From the NCBI RefSeq assembly GCF_009914755.1, contig NC_060927.1: DNA of 64,000 nt. One strand, 5' to 3'. A program made the translations under genes and the position numbers. Numbering within the stretch: position 1 is the first letter of the stretch; each line of letters opens with the position of its first letter. Below, in pieces: positions 1 through 14,451 of the stretch. This DNA comes from the human T2T-CHM13v2.0 reference genome, Homo sapiens. Below the pieces are notes generated by a model. It ran no database searches and was not told the origin of the DNA. It saw nothing but the letters and a program-made list of their open reading frames with translations.

Positions 1-1613
1 TTCAAAACTGACTCTTTTGAAATTGATGCATAACTTAACACTTCATTGAATCCTCACCAACCATCTGGAGAGGTAGATTTGAGATAAAAATCACTTGGTT
101 TGAGTTTTTTTGAGTGTGAGAAAACTCCAAGTATGCCTCTTAACCACTATCGTCAGAAGTTTACAATGAAAGGTTCCTCTTCACCTATTTTTGCAGGGGC
201 CTTCAAGTTAACCTCCAGGTACACTAGGAATGCTCCTGGGATGCCACCTTTCACCATGCGGGTGTTATTCTGGCCCCTCCCTCAAATCTGTGAGAGTTGC
301 ATAGGGGTGCTTGCCAGCCCTGTTCGTTCTTACAAACTAATAGATTATAGGATGAGCCAGAACCCCAGGGTTCTATGAAGATATGTCAAAGGCAGCTTTA
401 GGCAGCTGTTCTTTCACCTGCTTTATATTTTGGGCTTCTGCATATGTTTCATTTAGACAAAAAAAAACAGAGACTACTGCTTAAAAGAATGGCAAACCAG
501 TACCCCGGGTTCCCCACCCTGGGGAGGGGGAAAAGAAGCCCAGAGGGGTAAATTGGCCTGCCTGAGGTTGTACAGCTAATCATGAAGGATCGGAGGGCCC
601 TCCCTGGCCTGTTAGGTTCCTCTGCCCTCCCTGGCTTCTGTGTCTAAGCCAACATTCTCTTCTAATGATATTTTCCCCCTAAATTGAAAGCAGACAGCCC
701 TGCTACAGGATCAGCAAACTTTGAAGACTGAACATACCTGATGAGAGTTCAGCTTTGAAAGGAAACGCAACTGACCCACTTAATGATCCACACACTGTTA
801 TTGTGCTACACGGAAATTAGACATGCATAATATACTGCTTATGGAAATAAGAGTAATTAGAATTTATTTTTTCCCTCAGCTAAAACTAGTTGGATGGTTT
901 TTTTCTGTGTATTTGTGATAGTGTAGCATCAATGAACAAAGTCAGTGCTAATGGTTTTCTCTAAAGTAATGTTGCTTCTTTGTGGACTCTCCCAAACATG
1001 TATTGATTCATAGACAAGGCCTGGACTCTGCTTCTGGGAGGAAAAGCTGAGCTGGGAACTGGCCCTCTGCCCACCACCTTGGAAGATCAGCCCAGAATGC
1101 TGAGGGTGACAAGTCAGTGTGGTAACTGGGAGCCAGGGGGCTGGAGAAGGGCTCCCTGGACTGACATCATGGTTACTGAACTTTGAAGGTCAAAGGTGGT
1201 GCAGTAGACCTGCATTGAGAGGAAAGATAGGTTCAGGTTTGGGAGTACAAGGGGAGAAGACCAAAGATTTAGGGAGGCAAAGAGAGCTCCTGTCTTTGGA
1301 CAGGGAAGGAAAGCCTTGAGTTGGAGTGGAGGACAAAGCGGGGTGATGATGAGCTATGCTCAGGGCATCTGAACATGGGGACGCCACATGCTTGAGTGGG
1401 AACTTTGGAGAGACAAAGGCTGAAGACAGAATGAATGTCATATGCTTCTGTAATTTGCTGAGGCTCAGCCCTGCTACTTTCAGCTGGACAAACCTGACAA
1501 GGCTGGGTGTGTGGTTTACAAATAGGTGTTCAGCTTAGGGCAGACATTGCTCAGGGCCAGTTGTCAACCTTAATCTTTGGGAAGCTGATGAGAAACAGAA
1601 ACCCTTTCCTTAG

Positions 1614-1614
<1 letters not shown>

Positions 1615-1651
<37 letters not shown>
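1615..1651. repeat. (CA)n microsatellite
   Basis: Uninterrupted CA run of about 18 units. Confidence 0.95.
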
Positions 1652-1652
<1 letters not shown>

Positions 1653-2357
1653 GTGTATGCAATTTCTGCAGGTATCTACATAGATGCCAATTTCAGACCC
1701 TGCTGTGATCACCCCTCACTGGCTACACAGGGGGGCCTGATATCCAGGACCAATTTTCCCCCTTCTTTGACCACTTTTCTCTAACTTGGTAAGAAGGGAG
1801 CAATGAACACTCTTAGCCAGGTAAGAACACTCAAGAATGGCATGAAGTGGCTCCTGGCAGACTTGCCAAGAGCCTCTTGCACTTCCCCTCCAACACAGTG
1901 GCTGCTGCCCCCAACCCCCAGCTCTCCCCTGGGAACCAGCTAACTTTCTCTTCCTGTCTGGAATAAAGGGAGATCATCCCTTCCTTACTGCTGCTGCTGA
2001 AAATAGTATAGTTTTCTTTTTCTTTTCTTGACCACTGAATAAGAAGGCCCTTGCTTGCAGCTGTATAACGAAAACCACATCATGTTGCTGTCTGTGGTTG
2101 GGAGGTTGTGGGTGAAGCTCTGCGAGGTCATAATGTGCCCATGGTTGTTTCCTACCTCTCCTTCATATGCCAAGTGTTCTGGGTCTTCTATTAGAGCTTG
2201 GAGATGGTTGGGGCCAGGAGCCAAGAGACAAGTAAGAGAGAGTTATAGGGAAAATTATCTTCTTCCTCTGGGTTGGCTTTACTTTAATGGCTGAGGATTT
2301 TCTTGCTCCTCTGAGCAATCTTTGTTTATTTTACCCACTCCCTGGTAAAAAGTGATA

Positions 2358-2795
2358 CCGAGCTTCCAAGCTGACAAAGAAAAGAAGGGGCGACGATTGT
2401 GCCAAAAAGGGCTGCAGCCACGTGCAGCCTGTTCGCTGCACCATCTGCGCCCAATGCCTGCCCAAGGACAAGGCTATTAAGAAGTTCCTCATCCAAAACA
2501 CAGTAGAGGCCACCGCTGTCAGGGACATTTCTGAAGCAAGCGTCTTCACCGCCTATATACTTCCGAAGTTGTATGTAAAGCTACATTATTGTGTGAGTTG
2601 TGCCATTCACAGCAAGGTAGTCAGGAATTGATCTCGTGAAGCCTGCAAGGACCAAACACTCCCACCCTGATTTACATGTGCAGGTGTTGCCCTACGGCCT
2701 CCACCAAAGCCCTTGTAAGGAGTTGAGTCCTTAAGGGCTGAAGAAAAACTGTTCTCTCTAGAAAAATAAAATGGAAATTATACTTAAAAAAAAAT
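2358..2795 (+). pseudogene. RPS26P: Processed pseudogene of 40S ribosomal protein S26 (eS26)
   Basis: 2371-2718 translates colinearly to RPS26-like sequence ([60 protein letters not shown]), 116 codons including stop, with no introns. ATG is changed to CTG, and premature TGA codons sit at 2629 and 2668 (Arg CGA>TGA). AATAAA at 2765, then a poly(A) tail. TSD TAAAA(A/G)GTGATA at 2346-2357 and 2796-2807. Confidence 0.96.
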
Positions 2796-4209
2796 TAAAA
2801 GGTGATATTGCTTGCTCTGGCCCCATGGCTCTCAGTGATGGCAACACATTAGAATTACCTGACAGCTTTAAGAAAAAAATGCTGTTGCTCAGACCCCTCT
2901 AAGAACAATGAAATCAGAATCTTTTTTAGAACATGTGGATACTTAGGCAGGTTGTAATCTCTGCTCAGATTACAGACCATTTTCCCCTGGATAAGCGGCC
3001 TTAGCCATTCAGAACGCACCTTCTGAATGTTTGGTAAGAACCGTCAGCCTTTTTATTCCTAAAATTTTTTTCCTAGTTCTTACCGCACTTGAAAAATACA
3101 CATTAACATATATATATGACATATCTTTCATATATAATGTATATATTTGATTTGAGGCATGACAGAGGGAAGGTTCATAACAAATAAGTGCCCATTACAA
3201 ATATGACTTTAAGCTTGATGAGAGTAAGCCCTGGTATTTCAAAGAACAAGGATAAGGCAACGGGAACTTTTAGATGTGACTCTTCTACATTTCTGAGGCT
3301 AAATGATTCTCTTTCTTTATCTATTTAACAAATATTTATTAAGGCATTGTGGTAGATACTGTGGAAAAAAAAGATGGGCTGCAAGCTCAAGAAAGTTACA
3401 GTCTAAGGGATATGAACAAACTTTCAGATCAATTAAGCTTTGAAGTTAGCTGTCATAGCTGAAGGAAAAGCTGAAGAAGAAAATTCGCAAGTTTTGATCT
3501 CCAATTAAATAGACAAGATACTCAAACATCAACAGCAGCAAAGTCTTAGCAAAGAAGGTAAATATTTTCTGTTCAAGAAAAGATTTAACCTTGAATGGAG
3601 AATGAAGGCAGGGGTTTTTTCTTTGGCTTAGCTGCTTCCTTTCCAGCAGCTTGCCTGGCACATCGTGGTCACACCTTCCCTGCCTCACTCTTCATCCTTT
3701 GGGTCTCAGCTTTGGAAGATTCTGGAAACCTCCGATCCTCCTGAGGCAGGTGCCCCTGCTGGAGGATCCTATTAGGAGTTTTGGAAACTTACTGCCTGGA
3801 ATAGAATCCCAACTTTGCTTGTTCCCAGCTGAGTGACCCTGGAGCCAGTTATTTACCCTCCCTGGGTCTCAGTGTCCTCACTCATGAAATGATAATAAGA
3901 TTGATACGAAAATAAATGAGTTAATATGGGTAAAGCACTTAACAGAGGGCAAGCACATGGTAAACCATAAGTGTAGCTATTATCATGGCACCCTGAGTTT
4001 AACCTAGCATCACCACCTACCATCCAGGACTGAGTGGATGAGGCTCCAATTAAATGAGTAAATGATATGATAAGATGGAGCTAATCCATCACCAAAAGGG
4101 ACAAGAAGCAAGTTGCTTGCCCTACTGAATGAAGAAGCCAATTTATGCAGGGATTTCTCAGAGTCACTGCAGGGTGGATCATCAGTATACACTCAGGAAC
4201 TAAAGGTCA

Positions 4210-4619
<410 letters not shown>

Positions 4620-7441
4620 TCAGGTCCTGGATGTGGAGCTTGTGGAGCAAGAACAGCAACTTCGTGGGCTTAAGTTTAGAGGGGCATCTCCGCATTTGGG
4701 CTCCCAGAGTGAAACAGGAAGAACTGAAAAAGGAGAATTAGGCTTTAAACGTGGAGCAAACTGACTGGCTAACTTGAGGCCGAGCTGTAACTTACTCTGT
4801 GTAGTCTGGAGATGACAACCCACACAGAGAATAGAAACAGCCACTTCCACATGCCTCCCTTCTGCCCACTCTTTAGACCTCTGCCAAGAGCCCCTGGGCC
4901 ACAGGGACAGCCTCACCCTTTCTCCTCCCCTTTCTACCCGCACTGGCCGCCATCCAGATGCCTTCCAGCTTCAGGAGGCCCAGGCTTTGGGGCTGCTAAG
5001 GAAGCCCACTCCCTTGTTGCCTCAGCCCTACCCTGAAGCTAAGAACAGTCTGCGGGGTGAGGGAGAGCTGAAGGCCTGCTCTTGTGCTGGGACAGAGGGA
5101 AACATGTTGAAACTAGGAACACATTTTCCCATAGCTGATGCTGTAAGCGGTGGACACACTCTCCAGTGCCATTAGAGCTGTAGTTTTTGATGCATTTGCT
5201 TCATCCTCCTCCCCTTAGCCTGTTAGGCATCTGTGGGCTAGCCTGGGAACCTTTTCTGTAGGGTGGAAGCAGGTGTGAGGGGAAACACATTCCGAATTCC
5301 AAAAGTTGATTGATCACTGCTTCAAGTTCTCAAACACCTGATGGGGACTGTTTTTTTTTACCAGGAATCACCTCGCTGCAGAGAGGTTTCCTGGGCTTTT
5401 GTGGCTGTGGGTGAGGCTCTGCAGCAGTGGGTGGAGAAAGGGGATGGGGCTCTAAGTTCCAGGACTCTGGGCATAAGAACTGTCACTGCCCTGCCACCTC
5501 CCTTGCCATTAGCTAAGTCTAGCTAAAGATTCTGGAACAAAGTAGTGATAGACTCTTCTAGTTGGGGCTACCCATTGCTCATTTCCTCCAGAACAGACCA
5601 CACTTGCTCTGAGCCGCCTTCCCACCCTGGCGTCTGCATCTCAGGACTCCACTTCCTTCTAGTGGTTCCTTCAGACCAGCCTTGAGGCCCAGGAACAGGG
5701 AGTTAGCTTTCTTCCCATTCAGTGCTTGCTGTGTATTTAAGCCAATGTGACATTTTCATACTTATCCCCAAGCTTCAAGTTATTTTTCTTTTTGACTATG
5801 GGTCCATGTCCTACCCAATTTCCTGAGCTGTTTCCCCCTATGCACCAACAGAAATGACACTCTTGAGTTGAACCGATCTTGCTATTTCTCCCCCAAGGGG
5901 CTGGCCTCAAGTACTGATTCAGTGAGGGTCACAGCCTGCTGGAACTTCAGGAGTCTAGATAGCACTCTCTGTCTCTCTAGACTTTGCCGCAGTATACAAT
6001 TTCAACTAAGGCTTCACATTTAAAACCCCTGGGAACAAACAGGCTGACTGTAATTCAGAGGAGAATAAGTATTGGTACTAGATTTTTTTTTGTAAGAGCA
6101 GAGTTTGATAGAGAAAGATGAAAACATCAGGCTGCTGAATGGCTGAAGGGAAGAGGAGGAAGAGGAGGTCTCTTGAAGAGAAAGGACTTAGACATGAAGT
6201 CTGAGTCCCACATCAGGCCTTGTTGTTATTTTCATTGGTAGTAAGTGCTACTTATCTGTGTTGATTGCTTACTCTGTGCCAGTCACTTTATACATGCAAA
6301 GTAATATTTCAGTATCTTTAAGAATTGGGCATTTTAATCCCCATTTTACAAAAGAGAAAACTGAGTGATTTAACCAAGTGATGCCAAGATTATAGAGATG
6401 GGAAAGGCAGAATTGAAATCAAGATCTGTATGACTCCTAAGGCCATGGTCTCAGGCATGAACCACATATCTTAGGATAGCATATTTCATAATTTGGCATT
6501 AACAGTTTTGCCACAACCTATGAAAAGTGATTTTGCTCCCTTTGCTTTGTTTTTCCCACAGCCTAAACCATGAAGAGTCATAATAACGATGGACATTTGC
6601 ATAGCACTTTACCCTCTGCAAGGTGCATTTCACACACACGGATCTAAACCTACCAGCTTTGAAGCCCAGCCAGACCCTATCTTTTCCTCCCAGGTCCCTT
6701 GCCCACTGCAGCCACATCTTCTTCACCTCTTGGAATACCCACTGCCTTAGGGTCAGGTGTACCCAATTTGTTATGCATTCTACCTGTTGTTTTGTTCTCT
6801 AACACTTTATGTATGCAAATCGATGGTGAGTTCCCCCGAAGGCAGATCTGGTAGCTCACTGTGGCTCTCTCAGGGTGAGCCCCATGTGAGACATGCAGCA
6901 GTTGATTCATTGACCCTACTTCCTTCTTCAGAAAACCAGTGTTTGTGCCCTTCTAGGAAGCTCAGGATAAGGCACATTGCTGATGTGCTGGATTATCAGG
7001 AATCCAATTGCTTAATGGTCCCCACAGGGGTTCATAGCTACTCCCAAATAGAAACTGACCCAGGCTTTGCACAGAACTCCCCAGAAACACTGCCTTTTCC
7101 TAGTTCCTCACCAATCACTCCTTGGTGTGAACCACATTCTTGGCAAGGCCCCAGAACCAACTGAGTTTCTGGGATCGAGTCTCAGGCACTCTTTGTTCTC
7201 GTTTAAGCTTGGTTGATGCATACCAGGCCCTGGTACCACGCCCATGGCCTGATGCTGGCCCAGAATGCCTTGTAGGCCCCCTTCCCACCACTACTGGAGG
7301 GAGAGGGGTGAATGTCACCCCTCCCCTCAAAAGCAACATATACCAGCTCTCGCTGTCATAGACACTAGAAAACAGCTTGACATATAAGCTAGGATTCCGG
7401 CAAACCGTACATAAATCTATAGGCTATGTGAAGGCAATTGA

Positions 7442-7799
<358 letters not shown>

Positions 7800-8446
7800 T
7801 CTTTTCATGTTTTAATCAGATCCTATCTGGAATGGGACTTTCAATTCAATGCAATAAGTATGTAATGGGATTCTAACGTGCCAGACACTGTTGGGTTTAC
7901 AGAGATGCTCTCAAGTTGCTCCTGACCTAAAGGATTCAAAGAGGGAAAACAACTAAAAGAAGTACAAAGAAGAATGGAATGAGGGCTGTAGAGGATGAGC
8001 AAGCAGGGGATGTGCACATGTGAGGCAGCCAAGTGAGAAAGAACCATCAGACAGAGTGGGTTGTTTTCACCAGGGGAAAAATCAGTAAAATTATAAAACA
8101 AACATCATCTGACCGAGTTATGACAGCTATGGGAGGATGGGAGGATGGGGTGGTTGGTCTCTAGAGGCAGAAAACCACAGGAATTTGCCTGACACTTGGA
8201 ATTGGTCACACCCTTCTGCACCCTGGGGAAGAAGGGGCTTAAAATCTGGGAAAGGCAGCTGAGGGTACTTAGAGTGGTGAGGCTGAGACTGGCTGCAGTG
8301 ACAGAAGCCTGCCTTCAGCTGCAGGGGGAGTGAACCTAACCTCAGGAGAGGGCAAACCAGCTGATAATAACAAGAGTGACCTTTGATTTGGCTTATCTTG
8401 GCTTTGTCTATCCCCTGCCCAAGCACAGAAGAATGGAGAATTCTGT

Positions 8447-8653
8447 TAAAATTAGCTGGGCTTGGTGGTGGGCGCCTGTAATCCCAGCTACTTGGGAGGC
8501 TGAGGCGAAAGAATTGCTTGAACCCGGGAGGCACAGGTTTCACTGACCCAAGATGGCGCTACTGCAATCCAGCCTGAGTGACAGAGTGAGACTCTGTCTC
8601 AAAATAAAATAAAATAAAATAAAATAAAATAAAATAAAATAAAATAAAATAAA
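8447..8653 (+). mobile_element. 5'-truncated Alu (right arm) with (AAAAT)n tail
   Basis: Begins at the linker AAAATTAGCTGGG; pentanucleotide tail at 8601-8653. Confidence 0.9.
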
Positions 8654-9983
8654 ACTTTTAAAAAATGGTGCTAACTGACCCTCTGTTTCTTGATTAAATC
8701 TATCTGTATGGCATAAATGTCCAACTGCAGAGTCTTCCACTATATGGAAAGTTCTGTTTTGTCCCCATCTTATGAAGAAGGACCAACTCAGAGAGGTTAA
8801 GTAACTTGCCTCCTGTCACCCAGCCAGGAAGCGGCAGAAGCAAGACTCCAGCTGTGTCTGTGCAACATTAAATTCTCCTTCCATGGCTTTGTCTGCTCTT
8901 GACCCAACGAGACACAGCTATGCTAGCAGTAAAACAGGTCTGATATGCAGAGCTCCATTTTGCCATGCATTGCCAAGGTGATAAGTTCAGTAGGATTTAG
9001 TTAGACTTAATAAAACTTCTGGCAATTGAGTTCCCATCCCCAGTTTTTCAAAGTAAAACACTTAGGTTCCAAATGGCAGGATTCTAAACAGAGAGCATGC
9101 CCTGTTACCATAAGTAGCCCCTTCCACCACTTCTTTCCCATCTGTTTCCTGCATGCTGGGTATTATTGGGAAACAATGATGTCAACTCTTCCATATAAAT
9201 CTACACCTCCCTGCCAGCCCCTCCCCTACAATGCATATTTTTGTTCCTCTTTCTGGCTTTTGTCTTGCTGTTCTGCTAAGGACTCATACTTTTGGCGACA
9301 ATTGTTGGCTTTCTTTTTAACAAGTTTTAGCTATTTAAGCTTTATTGTGGCCTTCAAAGTGCACATGCTTTTTGGGGCCTATATTTGGAAGATCCTTTGT
9401 TTGGCTAATAGCTAGAATATGAGCTTGGTGCTAATGGAGAAGAGCCATGTTGCTTTCTGGAAAAGCAAAGCCAAATGCAGGTCTCTGAATCAAGCTCAGA
9501 GCTGAGGACAGAAACGCTGCTTGGGTTGGGGGCCCTCTGAGGCTGCATTAAAGCTGTAGCTGCCCTGGACACAGAGCCTATAGCTAAAGGCCAGGAGAAT
9601 ATCCCCTTCAGGTAATCTGTAAACGTCCTGTTTTCCCCCCTCCTAAGCCTGACTTCCAAATGGGGCATGGTTTCCTCAGTTTTCCTTTCTTTAGTAACTC
9701 TAAAGACAATTTGGTTTCAGATGGAAAGGAGGGCTAGTTCTCTGGGTACAGTATGAGTTTTAAATTCAGAGTCCGAGAATTCTGGACCTCTCTTGTTAAT
9801 CCTTGGGCAGCATTTCTCAAACTTTACTGGGCATAAGAAAGACTAAAAATGTAATTCTTGCTTTTAAATTTTAATTTTAAAATTAAATATTAGTCAATTT
9901 TAGTATACTACTAGAGATACTCTTCAAATCCAGTTTTGGACTCCTTGAGACAAAATGGACATCTAGTAAAAGTTTTCAAATGG

Positions 9984-10416
<433 letters not shown>

Positions 10417-10814
10417 TCAGGGATTTTACTTTTGTTGGTCTGGGGTGGGAAATCCACATTTTAAAGATGAGCTCCAGGTGATCTAATATCCTTGGCCTAC
10501 TGATCTCACTTTGAGAAACACTGACTTAGCACACAGAAAGAAGCAGCTATGTGAAACGACACGATTTTTATTTTCTTCATTATACTTTTATATTGCCCAA
10601 CATTTCAACACTGAAGATACATTTTTATCTTTTAAATCAGAAAGAAACATTTCTAAAATTATTTTAGGAATAGTGTGTCTTGAGTCATTGGCTTTTTCAT
10701 AAATGCCCTTTGTTTCAATCTTTATTTTTAGAAAAAAAAAACTAAGTCTGTTAGTTTTTTTTTTCATGCCTTAATAGATCCAGTATAGTGAAACCAATTA
10801 ACCTATCCGCAGTG

Positions 10815-11030
10815 TGTAGCAGGGTGGTTGAGCATATGGTTTGTTTGCTGATAGACTACCATGATTCAAATTCCAACTCTACCACATGCTAGGTTTGTGA
10901 CCATGGACAAGCTACCAAACCTCTCTATGCCTCAGTTTCTTCATCTGTAAAGTGGAGATTATGATGATAATGGTACCTACCACATAGAGCCATTATGAGC
11001 ATTAAAGCAACTAGTGCACTGTTTGGAATT
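10815..11030 (+). mobile_element. MIR (representative; many other MIR/L2 relics, e.g. ~3830-3980, 6250-6470, 38430-38620, 45060-45245, 46940-47175, 55090-55290)
   Basis: MIR core CCTCAGTTTCTTCATCTGTAAAGTGG...GTACCTACC..ATAG. Confidence 0.7.
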
Positions 11031-11966
11031 TAGTAAACCTTCCATACCTATTAACTATGGTTATCATTTCCTTGAGGATTGGAAATCTTACCGTGTTTCA
11101 GCCTTATTACTAAAAGTATGGTTCCTCGGTTATGCTATAGATGTGGAAGTTGAGAAAGCTGAGAACAAATATTCCAAGGCCCCCATCTATCCCTAGGGGT
11201 TTCTTTCTCTAAGAAATTCTCTTGTATGTACACAATTATTTATTTCCCTTGGGTGGATGTATAAAAATGCTAGTTTTAAGATTCTAATCTGTTGATAAAT
11301 ATATCTGGGGTGGGAATGTGGCAAACTTTCTAAGTTTTATATTTCTTTAGCAATTAGAAAAAGAAAATAATCTAAAAATAATTCTTCCTCCCTTATAAAG
11401 TTTATGATAAAAAGGCTATAATCACAGTGACAGCCATCTAGCCTGCTAGTTTCCATCTGTATTTCAGGAGAGTTATAAATCTGGCAATCAAGTCTGTTTC
11501 CATCATTGATGGAACAATGTAAGTCCTGGATTTTTGCTGGGCCATAAGACATCTCACATATGCCTATTTATTTGCCCCAAAACTGCATTTTGGAAGTTGA
11601 CGGAATGAGGTAAATCTGGCTTGAGAGTGAATCCAAGTATGAATTAACAGCAAAAAAAAAAAAAAAAAAAAGCTCAATCTTAGGCTGTAGGAACAGCAGC
11701 AGAGTATATAGATCAAGGGATCCATCCACACTCTTCAGGACTGGAGTCACGCACGCAGCGTTGTCTTTATTCTGGAGCTGCATTTTAACATGGAAGCTTG
11801 TACACAGAATTATATTTAGCAAGGTGATCAGAAGAGTGAAGGATTGTAAAATGCTACAGATGACAAATGAAGTTGCTGAGAATGTTTATTACAGACAAGT
11901 AAATGCTGCTTCCTTTGCAGACATGACCATGCTGGCCTCTCTGGGTTGTGGTGTTTGTTGTCCCTT

Positions 11967-12470
11967 GTCTTAGTTTCCTATTGCTCCCATAACAAATTAC
12001 CACAAACTTAATGACTTAAAACAATACAAATCTATTATCCTACAGTTTTGTAAGTTAGAAGTCCAACACAGCTGTCACTAAAGTCAAGGTGCAAGATGTA
12101 TTTCTGGAGGCTCTGGGGAAGAATCCATTTCCTTGCCTTTTCCAGCTTCCAGAAACCACCTACATTCCTTGGCTTATGGCACCTTCCTCCATCTGTCTTC
12201 AAAGCCAACCATATTGCATGTCTTCCACCATTTGTCCAAAGTCATGTCTTTCTCTACCCACAGCTGGGAAAGCTTCTCTGCTTTCAATGACTCATGTGAT
12301 CAGGTTAAGCCTGCTTGTATAATCCAGGACACTATCCCTATCTCAAGGTCCTTAACCTAATCACATCTGTAAAGCCTCTTTGTATAGAAGGTAACATATT
12401 CACAGGTCCCAGGGATTATGGCATGGACATCTTTGAAGGGCATTATACTGCTTACCGCCCTCCAGAAAGG
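11967..12470 (-). mobile_element. MLT1-family MaLR solo LTR
   Basis: TTAGTTTCCTATTGCT..ATAACAAATTACCACAAACTTA..GGAAGAATCCATTTCCTTGCCTTTTCCAGCTTC, typical of MLT1. Confidence 0.8.
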
Positions 12471-12547
12471 TGTCGCACTGGGCAAATTGCCCATACCTGA
12501 TGACCTCTGAAGTCTTTCCCAATTCCTAAATGTGGTCATTATATGAT

Positions 12548-12852
12548 TTTTTTTGTTGTTGTTAAATTTTAGACAGGGTCTCACTTTATCACCCAGGCTG
12601 GAGTGCAGTGGTACAATCTTGGCTCACTGCAGCCTTGACTTCCTGGACTCAAGTGATCCTCCCGCCTCATCCCCCCTAAGAAGCTGGGACTACAGGCATG
12701 CACCCCCACGCCTGGCTAATTTCTGTATTGTTTGTAGAGACAAGGTTTCACGATGTTGCCCAGGCTGGTCTCAAACTCCTGGACTCAAGTATTCCACTCA
12801 CCTTTGCCTCCCAAAATGCTGGGTTTACAGGTGTGAGCCACCGTGCCTGGCC
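12548..12852 (-). mobile_element. AluJ
   Basis: Reverse Alu with J-type motifs (CAGCCTTGACTTCCTGGACTCAAGTGATCCTCCC). Confidence 0.9.
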
Positions 12853-13184
12853 AATTAATCCAATTTGGTACACTGTTAGAAATACTCCCTAAATTCCATT
12901 TCTGATTGCTTGAAACAAAATGGACAAACGGAAAGCCCTGTATGTGAGGGTTTGTGGAGAACATGTCATTCTACTAATGAGTCTCTACTTTGTAGACTGC
13001 AAGTGTAAAGTGCTGCTGGCCTGTCAGTAATATGTGTTCAGCCTTGCTGACTGCTGAGGAAGCCACAGAAGTGCTGGAATCATGGCTCCCATCGATTGAG
13101 AACTTGCCTCTTGCCAGGCCCTGTGCAAATGTTAACTCATGTGTCTCTGAAAACAGCCCTAGGAGGTCAGAGAAGAAAATAGAG

Positions 13185-13712
13185 GTTGGGTGCAGTGGCT
13201 CACACCTGTAATTCCAGCACTTTGGGAGGTTGAGGCAGGAGAGTTGTTTGAACTCAGAAGTTCAAGACCGGCCTGGACAATATGGCAAGACTCTGTCTCT
13301 ACAAAAAAAAAAATACAAATATTAGCCAGGCATGGTGGCGTGGGGCTGTGGTCCCAGTTACTCAGGAGGCTGAGGTGGGAGGATTGCTTGAGCCCAGGAG
13401 GTCAAAGCCGCAGTGAGCTGTGATCATGCCACTGCATTCCAGCCTGAGACAGAGTGAGACTCTGTCTCAAAAAAAACTATCCCCCCCACCACAACCACCA
13501 GCACCATGGAAAAGTTGTCTTCTGCGAAACCAGTCCCTGGTGCCAAAAAAGTTGGGGACCACTGGCTTAGACAACCACCATTTAGCGAGAGCACTTTGAG
13601 TTAGGTAATGCCTGTTGTAAATGCTCACATGCCTGGGAAGATTAAAGGCACTATCAACTGTTTTTTTTTTTTTTTAATCTCAGGTCTCAAAAAAGAAAAC
13701 AAAATAAAATAG
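13185..13712 (+). mobile_element. AluJ whose tail is interrupted by a ~200-bp templated insertion
   Basis: Alu body 13185-13476; tail resumes at 13684; AAAATAGA flanks the whole composite. Confidence 0.88.
13477..13683 (+). repeat. Local duplicate of 14374-14564 (MER1B 3' end plus unique flank)
   Basis: CCATGGAAAAGTTGTCTTC...GCTTAGACAACCACCATTTAGCGAGAGCACTTTGAGTTAGG...AATCTCA is present at both positions. Confidence 0.92.
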
Positions 13713-14126
13713 AATCTCAGAGAAGTGAAGTGATATGCCCAAAACCACATAGCTGGTACTTGGCAAAGCCAGGGTTCAATCTAAGTCCTGTCTCAGTCCG
13801 TCACACTACACGGTCCCTTTCTAAATTATCCTCCCGTCAAGCTGACTGGCATTCACAGGAGAAGCAGCTAGAGAACAATAGATCACATTGGGTAATTGAA
13901 TGCCTTGGCCACACAGGGAGCCCAGGCTCAGTCTTCAGGGGTCAAAAGAGAAAACCAGTTAGGGACTTGGCCTGGAAAAGCTTCCAGGAGAGCAGCCAGA
14001 GATGACACAACAACATTCTGTGGTCACCCAGTGGTGTGCAAGAAAGGAGATCCAGACTCCAGAACAGATTCTTAACCAAGTGATTCACCCTTCAGGGAGT
14101 TCTTGCCTTGGTAATATGGTGCAGAC

Positions 14127-14451
14127 TGGGGGTCCCCAAACCTCAGGCTGCAAACAGGTATGATCCATGGTCCCTTAGGAACCAGGCTGCACAGCAGGAG
14201 GTGAGGGCAGGCAAGAGAGCATTACTGCCTGAGCTCTGCTTCCTGTCAGATCAGCAGCATTTCTAATAGGAGCGCCAATCCTATTGTGAACTGCGCACGA
14301 GGGATTTAGGTTGCAGGTTCCTTATAAGAATCTACCTAATGCCTGATGATCTGAGATGGAACAGTTTTATCCCAAAACCATTCCCCACCACCATGGAAAA
14401 GTTGTCTTCCACGAAACTGGTCCCTGGTGCCAAGAAGGTTGGGGACTGCTG
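14127..14451 (+). mobile_element. MER1B (hAT-Charlie MITE)
   Basis: GGGGTCCCCAA...TTAGGAACC..GCTGCACAGCAGGAGGTGAG...TTGGGGACTGCTG termini. Confidence 0.85.

Noticed and set aside
2422-2631. 69-aa ORF resembling RPS26 as a functional gene
   Set aside because: Intronless, ATG lost, two premature stops, poly(A) and TSD: a processed pseudogene.
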